The notes under the pieces: generated by a model
What the model was told of the DNA's origin: nothing
The model's database searches: none
The model's input: the letters and a program-made list of their open reading frames with translations, nothing else
In this document: piece by piece, positions 27,501 to 39,792 of the stretch
How positions within the stretch are numbered: position 1 is the first letter of the stretch
Layout of the letters: each line of letters begins with the position of its first letter
Assembly: GCA_002104945.1 (NCBI GenBank)
Contig: MCFH01000003.1
Coordinates: 1,364,001 to 1,428,000 of the forward strand
Source: Piromyces finnis finn
Taxonomy: Eukaryota > Fungi > Neocallimastigomycota
Reading direction: 5' to 3'
Length of the DNA: 64,000 nucleotides
Made by a program: the position numbers and the translations under genes

Positions 27501-28736
27501 CATATTTAAACCAAGTGTGTATTCTTCAGTATAATTTCCTATAGCATCTAAACCATCTGTTGGTTCTTCATCTACATCTTCATTAGGAAATGCATCTTCT
27601 GTATCATTATTTCTTTTAAAATGATAAAATACATCATATTCTTCTTGTCTAACCATATTTATTTGATTCAGATTAATTTGATTATCATAATGAAAACTTC
27701 TATTAGATAAACTATTTGAATCATCCTGTGTTCCATTAACTACTCTCGTTAATGTATCTTTTGTATGTGAAAAATAGTCTAATGAAGCTAATATAGGACA
27801 TATTGTTAATGAACCAATTAAGCATACATATATACCCATACGATAAAAATTCATTAACCTATATTATTTTAACACAGGTATTATATAGATATTAAAATCA
27901 GTTATAAATAAATTTTATTCATTTTACTATATAATAAATTTATTATTTTTATATTTATTTTCCCCCTTCCATTATAATTATTAATTATGTTAAAATAGTA
28001 CTTACATTACTATATATGTTTTCATTTCATTATTATTTTATTTTTAAATATATAATTTTCATTACATTTTCATTATAATTGAAATAAATTATATAAATAT
28101 ATGTGGTTAATAAAACATGTTAGTAGTGATTACACATTATATTTTATATATATTATATAGAGTATATTCATTTTATGATGTTTGTATTCATATTATTCAT
28201 ATTCTACCTGCATCCAGACTAATATTATCCAAAATAAAAGAGTCATCATATTTAAATAACGATTTTAGCCAATCAATCGCTTTTTTTGAAAACGGCGGAG
28301 ATTCTTCTCTTTATAAATATTAATGCATGTTTTTTTGATATTTTTTTTTTTTTTTATTTTTTAATGATATTTAAAAATATTTCATAAAGTATAAAACAGA
28401 ATATAGATAATATAATAATAATATATATAATATATATATTCATAAATATTAGTAATAGGTAAAAACAATTTACTTAAAAAGAATGTATTATTATTATTTT
28501 ATATATTATGTATGTCTTTTTTTTTTATAATATTAATAATAATTATATTTTCTTGATATTTACTGAATATTAATAATTCTTGGAGAATAAACTGGTTTTC
28601 CTAATGATGTATTTCTTAAAATAATAAATACAGTCACAAATGCACTAGTCATAACTGCTGAAAGAACCAGTTGCATTGCAACACCCTTAATGGAGGAATC
28701 TTTAACCTCCCAGTCTTCGACCGCTACGTCAGACAT
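24319..28736 (-). CDS. OSCA/TMEM63 (CSC1/RSN1-like) osmo-/mechanosensitive cation channel, copy 1
   Basis: Exons 28564-28736, 28208-28308, 28006-28009, 26673-27858, 25632-26432 and 24319-25467 sum to 3414 nt in frame. Family motifs: VYSPR, LDAVMLMNFYRM, TVMIRNIP, AFVTFKD..AAHIVSQ, AAPNPTNLQWENL, FEYFEAISMREKSFLKKYY, YGLVYPMPLLIF, WENNGVYY..IFNRI. Confidence 0.93.
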
Positions 28737-30798
28737 TCCGCTTTTTTATTAGTGATATATATATATAATATATATACTTTTTTTCTTATTTTTTTTTTAT
28801 ATATATATAATTAAAATATTTACAAGTAAAGAAAAATAAATAACAATAATAATTGTTATTAGTTATGCTTTTTTTTTTTAAAAAAAAAAAAAAAAAGTAT
28901 TTCCAATTAAAATAAAATAAATATTTGTATGTATGTGAATATGTATATTACTTTAGATATTTTTAGTATACTGAACGTACTTTTTGACTTGAAATATTTT
29001 TAAGATAAAATGTATTAATAAAATCTTAATTTTATAAAAAGTATATTGTATAATAAATGTTAAAAACTATATATATTAATTAAACTTTGGAATAAGTATT
29101 ATTTTATAAATGAAAATATTATATATATATATAATGGAATAATTAATTATAATAACTATATAATAAAAGAAAAATAATAAAACTTTAAATATAATTTTAT
29201 AAGAAAATGAGAATATAAATAATATAAATTAGTAACTTTTATTTTTATATTTTTATTTTTAATTTTTTTTTATTAAAAATAATTTAATACTATAAAATAT
29301 TAGAAATTTTAAAAAAATAATTATAATAAAGTTCATCAAATAAAACTATATGAAAAATGGAATGATTTAATGATTTTAATTATAGTTTTTCTAGTATAAA
29401 AAACCTTTTTTTTTTATTCTATTTTTTAATTATTATCATTATTAATTAATTAAATCTAAACTTAAAAAACCTTTAATTTATATGCAAAAAATAATTATTT
29501 ATATCAGTATCTATAGAATATAATTAATTCTTTTATAATGAAAATTAATATATTAAATATACTTTACTGCTTTTTTTTTTTTTTTTTCATAAAAAAATTG
29601 GCATTTTCTTATTATAAATTAAAGGCAAAGACTTTTAACATCTTAGTAATATTATAATCCTTTTCAATATTTATATATTGAAATGGTAATATATTTTTTT
29701 TTAAATTTTTTATGCATTTTTTTCTTTTTAATATTAAAATCAATAATTTCATTATTGTAATTTACCTATTTCATAATAGCTGTACTTTTATATAAAAATA
29801 ATTATCTTTTTGCCTTTAAAAAGTTTTATTATAATCTTTATTTTATTGTTATACTGAAAAAAGTAATTTTTAATTAAAAAACACTACCTATGATTTGATA
29901 TGTTTTTTTAATGAACTATTTTTAATTAAAATTTTATATTAATTTTTTTTACTGAGTATAAATATTCATTACTTTTTGTAATATATCAACTTGTTGAATA
30001 CTGATATTATTAGTATTTAGTTAATGGGAAAAAATAGATAATGAATAACTTTTTTTTTTTAATTGAAAAGTTACTTAATTGGAATTGTGGAGTGATTTTC
30101 TTTTTTACATTGATATGATCCAAAAATAAAAGTTATATCTATATAAAACATTTTATTTAAAATAGATATAAAGCTAATTTTGTTCAAATTTTTATTTGAG
30201 TTTGAAAAAATTAATTTCATTATTTAATAATAGTTACAAAGGTAAATTAAGGTTAATTACGTTAAAATCACTTATGAAAAGTTCATTTTTTTATGCAATA
30301 GATAATGAATATACTTATTGATTAAAGATAGTTTTTACCAAAAAATAAAATTTTTTCCTTTTTTTAATTTTTAAATATATTTATAAAGTCTCCGAAAAGG
30401 ATTTTTATAAATAAAATATATATTAAAAAGAAAACTAAAAAGTTTTCCTTTTAATTTTCGTTATATATTTTAAAATTTTTATCTTTAATGGTCAAATAGT
30501 ATATGTATTAAACATTTTTTTATTTCTTTTATGATAAAATATGAAAGAAAGAATTAAAAACTTTTATATTAATAGATTTTAATAATTGAAAAGTAAATTT
30601 ATGTTAGAATAATAAACTTTATCAAGCATAAATTACAATTATTTTTATTTATATTATATATACAAAACTAGTAAAAATGTTTATTTTGTTATAATTAAAT
30701 ATAAATATAATATAATATTCTGATGAATCAAGCTTTCACAATAATGGATACTACAGTGTTTAACTATATTGCTTAATAATATTTAATTAAAGTTTTAT

Positions 30799-30897
30799 CA
30801 AATGTCATATATTACTGTTATTATTTTTTATTTTATTTAATATCTATTATTATTAATAGATAATAAATAAAATAATAACAGTAATATATGACATTTG
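30799..30897. repeat. Long inverted repeat (foldback, 99 nt)
   Basis: caaatgtcatatattactgttattatttt at 30799-30827 is the exact reverse complement of 30869-30897 (29 bp). A further 14/15-bp inner stem closes a 4-nt loop after a 7-nt bulge. Confidence 0.9.
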
Positions 30898-33800
30898 TTT
30901 GCATGTACAAGTATTTCAGAGTAAAAAAAATTCTTTTTTATATTTTATATGGTAAAAGGTGAAAATAATATAGAGCATGTGATAAAATTGTAAATCACAT
31001 AAATTTATATGTAAAAATATTTTAGATTTATGTAAATTACATTTTATTTGTTTTTTAAATTTTCAATAATTTTTATTAATGTATTTTATAGTAATAGATT
31101 TAATTCATTATTATTCTTTTTTTTTATTATTCTTCAATTCATAACAAAAAGTTATTTTTACCGCTTTAAATTTTCTTATTATTATTAAGCCAAAGTAGTT
31201 GTAACTACTTAGTTTTATTTTACTTTATGAAACAATAAAAAATTATTATTATAGTTATATCGTATTGTATAAATATATATATTCTAATAAATATAAAAAA
31301 TGATTCATACTAAATTGCTTTTTTTATTATGAAATTGTGGATAAAATTGTGGTGGCAATGAGCATTCAAAAAAATACTTTTATTAATGATTTATTAACAT
31401 ATATGAAGTATATCTAAGGGTTAAGGGAAGAAATTTGTTTTAGATTGGTATAATCACATGACATGCACTAAAACTTTATTATATAATGTGAAAATTAAAA
31501 ATAATAAAATAAAAAGAAAGTGTTAAATGTATATTTTAACACCAACTTCAATGATTGCGATAAACTTCACAATTTACTATATTTTTATTCATCATGTTAA
31601 TTATTATTTACTATGTTACTATATAATTTAAATATCCTATATTTAAGTACATTTATATAATATAGTTACATTATTTACTACATAAATTTTATAGTATCAT
31701 AAGCCACATATAGTTATATAATGATTTTAATATGAACTTTATTTCTAACAGAAAAAGTACCAAAGTAAAATTATTAATAATCTGTCAATAAATTAAATTT
31801 TATTGGTTGATACTATTATTATAATCTATTTATAGATTAAAATATAATTTTATAGAAATTAAAGTTTAAATGAAGTATCCATTTTAATATTGAACAAACT
31901 TTCTATTATGGTAATATTTAATTTAATTAGTTCTTTTTTAATTCAATAGCTAAAGTATATAGAGAATAAGAATATTTATTATAATTAAAGTTTTTGATAT
32001 TTAATTTAATTTAATTACACAGATAAAAAACAAAAAAGTACAAACTTTTAATTAAAAAAAAAAGAAATTTAATTATTGGACAATTATTTAATATATTATA
32101 GTAAACTCCAATATATATTATTTATTGTTTCATTTGGTAAAACAAATATATCAAAATAGCAAAATTATAATAAATAAAGTTTTCCTTTTCTTATAATTTT
32201 CACTTTTTATATAGTTTATATATTATAATCATTTGAATTAATATGTTTTTCTCATATATTCCAAATATTATAAAATAAAAAGTAATTTAATCATTGCCAC
32301 TCTGAGAAAAAGTTTTCTTATTTTCAATGTTAAACTTTAAATAAAAAAAAGGAATTATTGTGAATATATAATTAAGTGATAGAGTAATAGAATATTTAAT
32401 AAACAATAACATCAAGTAATATTAATAAAAAATTAAATGAATATTCATAATAATCTATGACGATGAGAAATAATTATTTAATTCCATTTTTATTATAGAT
32501 ACCTTTTTTTTAACATTTTTCAATGTTAAAATTTATGACAAATATTAAATAATACATGTCTTATAATCATTATATAATATATTAGAATTAATACTAATAT
32601 ATAGTCATTATAACATGATAGTATTGATAATATTGTATAACTAGTTTAAATCCAATAAATAATATTGAAACTAAATTATATATTAATTTAATATTTTATT
32701 TCAATTGGTTTTTTTTTTAATATATTATGTATATATATTAGATTAATGTTATTATGTATAAATTAATAATAAACTTTAAGTTTTAATTAATATATTATCC
32801 TTATATTGTAATATATTATTTTGTTTCTTTTTTAAATCTATTTTAAAAGTTTAAATAATATAAAATTAATTATTTGTTATAAATTTTAAACATTTTAATA
32901 TTATTCTCCTTATAAATTAATTTTACCAATATAATGAGTAAAAAAAATTTTTTATTCTAATTATTTATTTATATAATTAATTATTTATTCATTTATTATT
33001 CTTTATTTATATAATAAAAGTCATTATTAAATAGTTATTTATTTAAACATTCATTTATTTAATCAATTCATTTTTATTTAAAAATTATTTTTTAAATTCC
33101 TTATTATTTTATTATTGTAACAAATACTTGAATTTTATTGGTTAAAATATAATTATGTTAATTAAATATATAAAATAAAAAATTTTGACATTTTTTAAAA
33201 AGAATCTTTTATTTTATTATAAAAAAAAAGATAGTGTAGATTAAGGAATTAAAAAAGACTAGAAAAAAAAAAAGATTAATTAAATTAATTATTAAAAATA
33301 ATAATTAATTTTATTGTTACTATCATATTATTTTGTAAATAAAAAGAAAATAATTAAATAATAACATAATAAAAGGTTGATCTTTTTTTTTTTTTTGCAT
33401 TGTTCATAATAAACATAATAATTTATATATATTAAATACGCATATACATACAAAATATATATATATATATAAATTATAAACAAACGTTAAAAAGGAAAAA
33501 AAAAAAAATAAAAGACAATATTGAAATAATAACAATATTCAAAAAAAAATAATAATATTCTGTAAATATATAATTATAGTATTTAATTTAGTAATTTTAT
33601 AGTGTATTATTATTCATTTTTTTCATAAACTATATATTTATTAGCGTTTTCCACATTAGAAGTATTAATATAAGTTCTTTTTTTTGTTAACAAGAAATAA
33701 AAAAAATAAAAGAAAAAAAAATAAAGACAATATAATAATAAATTTAAAAAATAAAATAAAAATTAATCAAATATTAATTATTTTTAAATATATGAATATT

Positions 33801-33912
33801 AATTAATAAAATAAATTGAATTCATACTGTTTAAAATAATCTAATATTATTAAATAATTTCATATAATATACAATAAATATTTAATAAAATAATATAAAT
33901 AATATAATAAAA

Positions 33913-36900
33913 ATGGCTGAGGATACAGAACAAGATGGAACTCTTAATTCCGTTTTATATCAACTTTTATTAGCATTTGCTATTGTTGGTGCATTTATGA
34001 TTGGATATGAATTATTAAGACAATCAAAAATTGGTAAATATATTTATGCACCAAGGTTATTATTATTACCGGAAAATACACCAGAAGTTGCAAATGGGTG
34101 GTTTGCTTGGTTTAGCAAAAATAAAAAAGTTGATGAAGATTATATTTTAAATAATAATGGATTAGATGCTGTAATGGTTTTAAAGTTATATAGAATGGGT
34201 TATCAAATGTTTTTGATAATAGGATTAGTTGTATTAATTTTCACTCTACCTGTTAATATTTTTTTCAGAGACAGAGACAGAAAAATTGCAGATCAAAAAG
34301 AAGATTTATTATTTGATTATACTTCACCAGCTAATAACACAGAAAATAGAGAAGTACTTGTTACAAACACAACTGTTATCGATAGAGTTAATCCAAGTGT
34401 CAATATTTCAAAGATTGAAGAAACTAAAGCATTATTAGATACCTTTAAAAGAGATTTACAAGAAGATGTTTTCCAACTTGATATATCAATAGAAGAAGAA
34501 AGAAATAAATTCTTTGATGAAGAAATTAAAATATTAAATGAAATCAAAAATGGAAAGCATCAAACAGATAATAATAGTAATAATAATGAAAATAGTAATG
34601 AAAATGTAAATGCTAGTGATAATACTCCAAATGAAAATTCTAATAATAATAATGGTGAAAATAAAGATGAAAATGGAAATGCAAGTATTAATGATCAAAA
34701 TAAGGAAGAAACAAAGGATAGAGAAATAAATGTTTTTGATGATTTAACAAAAAAAACAAATGATACATTAAATACAATTAAAGATGAACTTAATTTTGAT
34801 ATAAGAGAGTATATTTTCTTTGATACATTAAAAGAAGGAAAGGAATTATTTAGTCTTTTACATTTAGTTTGTGTATATTTTGTTGTTTGCTTTATTTGCT
34901 ATAAACTTTTTAAGGTTTACCAGGAATATATTGGCTGCGTTGAAAAATATGTTAAAGATGGCGGTATTGTTCAAGAAAGACAATTATTTGGTGAAATTCT
35001 TCAACATAGTACTATTATGGTTAGAAATATTCCACCAGAACTTCAAGATGATGAAAGATTGATGAATTGGTTCTCAAAACTAGGTGTTGGTAAAATAGAA
35101 AGTGTTGTTATTGCTCGTAGTAGAAACAAAATAAGAAGACTTGTAGAAGCAAGAACAAAAGTATTAAATGCTTTAGAAGACGATTATGTTAACTGGCTTA
35201 ATAATATTAAAGATAAAAAAACTGGTGAAGGTTTTTTAGGAAATGCCTTAAAAAATGTTGTTCGAAATGATGCAGATGATATTGGTGAAAAAGTTTTTGA
35301 AGATAATGATGCTTATAGACCAAAAGAAATTGTTTTTAAATATGGAATAATCCCAGTAAGATATGTTGATTCTATTCAATATCATGAAAGAATGTTAAGT
35401 GAATTGACTGAACAAATTAAGGAATTAAGATTAGAAGCTGGTCAATCAAAGAAATGGTCACAAACAGCCTTTATTACTTTTAATAATCATCAATCTGCAA
35501 AGATAGCAGCACAATTAATCCTTTATTCTGCAAAAAATCCAAATGTAATGCTTGCTAGTTCTGCTCCACATCCAAATGATCTTCTTTACAAAAATTTAAA
35601 TATTAGAACAGAAAGAAAAACTTATCGTTTTATTTTATCATTAATTGCTTTATACTTTGTTTGTTTCTTATTAACAATTGTAGTTATGGCAACTAAATAT
35701 GAAATGTTAAAAGATATTTTAACTAGTGAAAAATTAAAATATCTTCAAATGGAAAAAATATTTAATGCTATTGACAATGATCCAAAATTAATGGCTTTAT
35801 TCAGTTCATTCTTCCAAGTTATCTTACTTAACGCTTATTTATCATGTGTTCCATATTTGATCAAGTTTATTACTAATTTCCAGGGATTTGAAACTAAATC
35901 TGATTATTACAACAGTGTTTTAAAGAAATACTATATATTCTTAGTTATCTTAATTATTTTCTCTTTATCTCTTTCAGCTTTAGTTTCAAAAATAGTTGAT
36001 TCGACAAACTCTGAAAAAATGAATATGAATGAAGTAGGTGAAATGTCAACAAATATTATGGGTAGATTCATGGATGAGCTTACCTTTACTCATTTTGTAG
36101 ATTCATTAACCAGTGAATTATCCAAGAATTCCATTATTTATTTCAATTATGGTATTCTTCGTCTTCAATCTTTTGGATTCGAAATCTTTAGAATTGGTGC
36201 TGTTGTTTCATTTTTCATTAGTAAAATATTAAAGAAAAGTAGTCCAAGAGCCCAACACCTTGCAAACCAAATGGCTACTCCACCAGATTATAGTATTATG
36301 CTTGCAGTTCCATTAATTTGTTTCACTCTTTTCGTTACTTTTTCAATCGTTAATCCTTTCATTCCATTTATTGGTGTCATTTTCTTCTTTATTGGTTATC
36401 ATGTAATGAAGAATCAATTCATCTATGTATATATTAAGGAATTTGAAGCTCAAGGTTACTTCTTTGTTACTTGTTTCAATAGAATTATCTTTTCCCTTTA
36501 TCTTTTTGAAATCTTCATGTTTGGTTACTTCTTGGCCGTATTTAATGGACCAGAAACAAAAGGAAAATATATACCATACTTAGTATTACCAACTATATTT
36601 ATTACTATATATTTCCAGAGGTATTGTAGTAGATGCTTTAAACCAAGAATAAAGAATGTTCCAGTTGATTTATTAATTTCAAAAGAAAGAAAAGAAAAGT
36701 ATTCTAATGAATATCAAAGAAGAACCATTTTTGGTAGAAGAGAAAGTTTCATTTCTGATTACTTTTCTGAAGATTCGTTTACTTCCTGTGCTACACATAT
36801 TACAAGTTTGGATAGTAAACCAAATAAAGAAATATTAAAAATGGCAGAAACTCAAGCTCCATCTTTACCACCATATTACGAAGCTAATTCATACAATAAT

Positions 36901-37038
36901 CCTGCTTTAACAGAACCATTATATGCACCATGGATTCCTGAAGAAGCCCAATCTATCTTTACTAAAGCATCTGTAAATCATATATCTAATATATGTAGAG
37001 ATTGTTATAAATGTGATAAGGAATCAAAATTTGAATAG
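33913..37038 (+). CDS. OSCA/TMEM63 (CSC1/RSN1-like) osmo-/mechanosensitive cation channel, copy 2, intronless
   Basis: Single 1041-aa ORF with IYAPR, GLDAVMVLKLYRM, TIMVRNIP, AFITFNNHQSAKIAAQ, APHPNDLLYKNL, FQGFETKS, DYSIMLAVPL, NQFIYVY and FEAQGYFF..FNRI. Confidence 0.95.
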   Translation: MAEDTEQDGTLNSVLYQLLLAFAIVGAFMIGYELLRQSKIGKYIYAPRLLLLPENTPEVANGWFAWFSKNKKVDEDYILNNNGLDAVMVLKLYRMGYQMFLIIGLVVLIFTLPVNIFFRDRDRKIADQKEDLLFDYTSPANNTENREVLVTNTTVIDRVNPSVNISKIEETKALLDTFKRDLQEDVFQLDISIEEERNKFFDEEIKILNEIKNGKHQTDNNSNNNENSNENVNASDNTPNENSNNNNGENKDENGNASINDQNKEETKDREINVFDDLTKKTNDTLNTIKDELNFDIREYIFFDTLKEGKELFSLLHLVCVYFVVCFICYKLFKVYQEYIGCVEKYVKDGGIVQERQLFGEILQHSTIMVRNIPPELQDDERLMNWFSKLGVGKIESVVIARSRNKIRRLVEARTKVLNALEDDYVNWLNNIKDKKTGEGFLGNALKNVVRNDADDIGEKVFEDNDAYRPKEIVFKYGIIPVRYVDSIQYHERMLSELTEQIKELRLEAGQSKKWSQTAFITFNNHQSAKIAAQLILYSAKNPNVMLASSAPHPNDLLYKNLNIRTERKTYRFILSLIALYFVCFLLTIVVMATKYEMLKDILTSEKLKYLQMEKIFNAIDNDPKLMALFSSFFQVILLNAYLSCVPYLIKFITNFQGFETKSDYYNSVLKKYYIFLVILIIFSLSLSALVSKIVDSTNSEKMNMNEVGEMSTNIMGRFMDELTFTHFVDSLTSELSKNSIIYFNYGILRLQSFGFEIFRIGAVVSFFISKILKKSSPRAQHLANQMATPPDYSIMLAVPLICFTLFVTFSIVNPFIPFIGVIFFFIGYHVMKNQFIYVYIKEFEAQGYFFVTCFNRIIFSLYLFEIFMFGYFLAVFNGPETKGKYIPYLVLPTIFITIYFQRYCSRCFKPRIKNVPVDLLISKERKEKYSNEYQRRTIFGRRESFISDYFSEDSFTSCATHITSLDSKPNKEILKMAETQAPSLPPYYEANSYNNPALTEPLYAPWIPEEAQSIFTKASVNHISNICRDCYKCDKESKFE

Positions 37039-39389
37039 ATCTTAAGAAATTGAGTATTAAAAAAAAAAAAAAGTAACTCAAAATATTAAAATTAAATACT
37101 GAATTAAACGTTTTTTTTTGTTTCCATAGAAAATTCGTTTATATACCAAGGTAAAAAAAAAAATCTTTTTCTTTTTCCTCAATTCTTTAATAAATTTAAT
37201 TTTAAAATTTCAGTTTAATAGAACGAATTAAAAAAAAAAAAATCACAAATTATATTTTCTATTTAAAAAAAAAAAAGAAAAGAAACCTACAAAGAATTAT
37301 ATAGACGAGGTAAAGATATAAACAAAAAAAAAAATATAAAGACACCAATTAATTTATTTCATCTTTTATATCAACTGTTGATATAATCATTTTTTTTTTG
37401 TTTCAATATTTTTATTTTTAATAAAAAAAATAGTAATAATAAATAACGGCTTTAAATTATTTCTTTCATTTATTTTTCTAAAAAGAAGGCATGATAGATA
37501 TAATTGAATAGGATTACATATATATATGTATTCTATAATACGAAAATATACAAAAAAAAAGACAAGAAAATGAAGGAAATAAAGAAATATTTTATTTCTA
37601 AAATAACTAATATATCTTACACATTACAAAAAAAGAAAAAGATAATAATAACATTACATATTTCATTATATACACATCTATTATTAATATAATATTTTAT
37701 ATAAAATATACCATTATTATTAAGTAATTTTTATACATATCAATTGAATAAAATAAAATAAGATGATAAAAAAGTTTAATAATAATGAAAAATAGATGCT
37801 TTTTAATATTAATATCTTTTTTTTTTTTTTTTTTTTTTTAGTTCATTTCGTTTATATAATTCAAATATACAATAAATAATAATTTTTTATATAAAATACC
37901 TTTTTTTTTTTATTATTGTTACAAAAATTAAATTATATTTTTATATTATTTATACAATCAATCTATTTATATATTATACTATATTATAATTATAGTTTAT
38001 ATTTTTAATATACTTTTTAATAATAATAATAATAATAATAATAAAAACTAAAATAAGATAAAACAAAACAAAACAGAAGCAAAACAAAGCAAAAAACAAA
38101 CATGGAAAAAAAAAAAAATTAATCAAATAAAATAAACAAAATAAAAAGCAATTATAAAATAAAATATAATAATTATAGTAATAAGAATTCCAGATATTTA
38201 CACTATAATTAATAATAATATAATGAAAAGTAAAAAAAAAAGTGAAAAATCAAAAAAAAATTATAATATTATCACATTTTAAAAAAAAGAAAAGTTATAA
38301 TAATAGAACGTTATAAAAATTCAAATTATTAAATATCTCAATATTAAAAATAAATAAATATTAAAAAATTAATAAAAATAAAATAAATAAAAATGATTTT
38401 CTTTTTATTATTGTATCTGTATTGAAATAAAATTTCATTTTATAGATATTAGTAGAGTTAAAGTGCAATTTCTTTATTTTTTGTTGATATTTACAAAAAG
38501 TGCTGCTTTTATATTATTTAATTTTAATTGTATTTAAATTAGAATGAAAGAATAATTTTATCAGAAATAAAATTAGAATCATTATTAATCAATCAAGATG
38601 GTCCCTTTATTGATTTATTTCTTACTATTCCTATTTGTTGCTTCAGTCCTATTTAATAACAAAAAACATTATATGGTTTTATCATGACAATTGAATAGAT
38701 ATATATTTCATTACTCAAATATAAAAATATAATAATACAATAATCATTAATAAATAAACTATCTTGAAAAAAAAATAAATTATTTAAACATAAAAACACA
38801 TTAATTGATTAAATTCTTTAAAATTAAATACATGGGAATAAAAACACATAAAGTTTTATTTTATATTTTTATTATTATTATAATTATAATTTATTATAAT
38901 TTTATTTATTAATTATATTAATTATAATTTGTTCTACATAAGAACAAGAACATTGTAAAAATAAACTCTTTATACATTATAAATAATACTTTATAATTAC
39001 TATTTGTAAATGATATAAATTATATAAATATAAATGATATAAATATTTTAAATATCAAATGCTTTTTTAATGTTAATGCTTTTAATATGCGTGTAAGAAG
39101 TTAAAACGATATAAATTCTTGAGAGAATTATAATTACTTGCTTTCTTTTTCTCTTTAATATTAATATTACTATATAATATGACATATATATTTTTATAAA
39201 ACTACATATATATTTTTTCTTAATCTTTTTTCCTTTCATATTAAAATTTTTGAATTATTAAAATATTTGAATTATTAAAATGTGTTAATATTAAAACATG
39301 TTAAATATTGTTTATACATTGTTTAAATATTGTTAATCTACTTATAAGTGTTCAATTAACAACTATTCATTCAATTAATATTCATTCAA

Positions 39390-39792
39390 TTAATACCAAC
39401 GCCATGGGTTGTTGTTGTTGTTGTTACCCCATTGATTCCATTGGTTGTTATTGTCCCATTGGTTCCATTGGTTCCATTGGTTATTGTTGTTGTTGTTGTT
39501 ACCCCATTGATTCCATTGATTGTTGTTGTTGTTTTGGTTCCATTGATTGTTGTTATCCCATTGATTCCATTGATTGTTGTTGTTGTTTTGGTTCCATTGG
39601 TTGTTATTGTTTTGGTTCCATTGGTTGTTATTGTTTTGGTTCCATTGGTTGTTATTGTTTTGGTTCCATTGGTTATTGTTGTCCCATTGGTTCCATTGAT
39701 TGTTGTTGTTGTTGTTTTGGTTCCATTGGTTGTTATTGTCCCATTGGTTCCATTGATTGTTGTTGTTGTTGTTTTGGTTCCATTGGTTACCT
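39390..39792 (-). repeat. Coding tandem repeat (QWN/QWD/QWG plus poly-Asn)
   Basis: 20 QW dipeptides separated by N runs. Includes three perfect 24-bp copies (gttgttattgttttggttccattg) at 39600-39671. Confidence 0.95.

Noticed and set aside
31352-32300. Inverted pair GTGGCAATGA (31352-31361) and TCATTGCCAC (32291-32300); also TAAGGGTTAAGGG near 31416
   Set aside because: Only 10 bp with no extension or target-site duplication, and the telomere-like string has only two imperfect units. Not distinguishable from chance.
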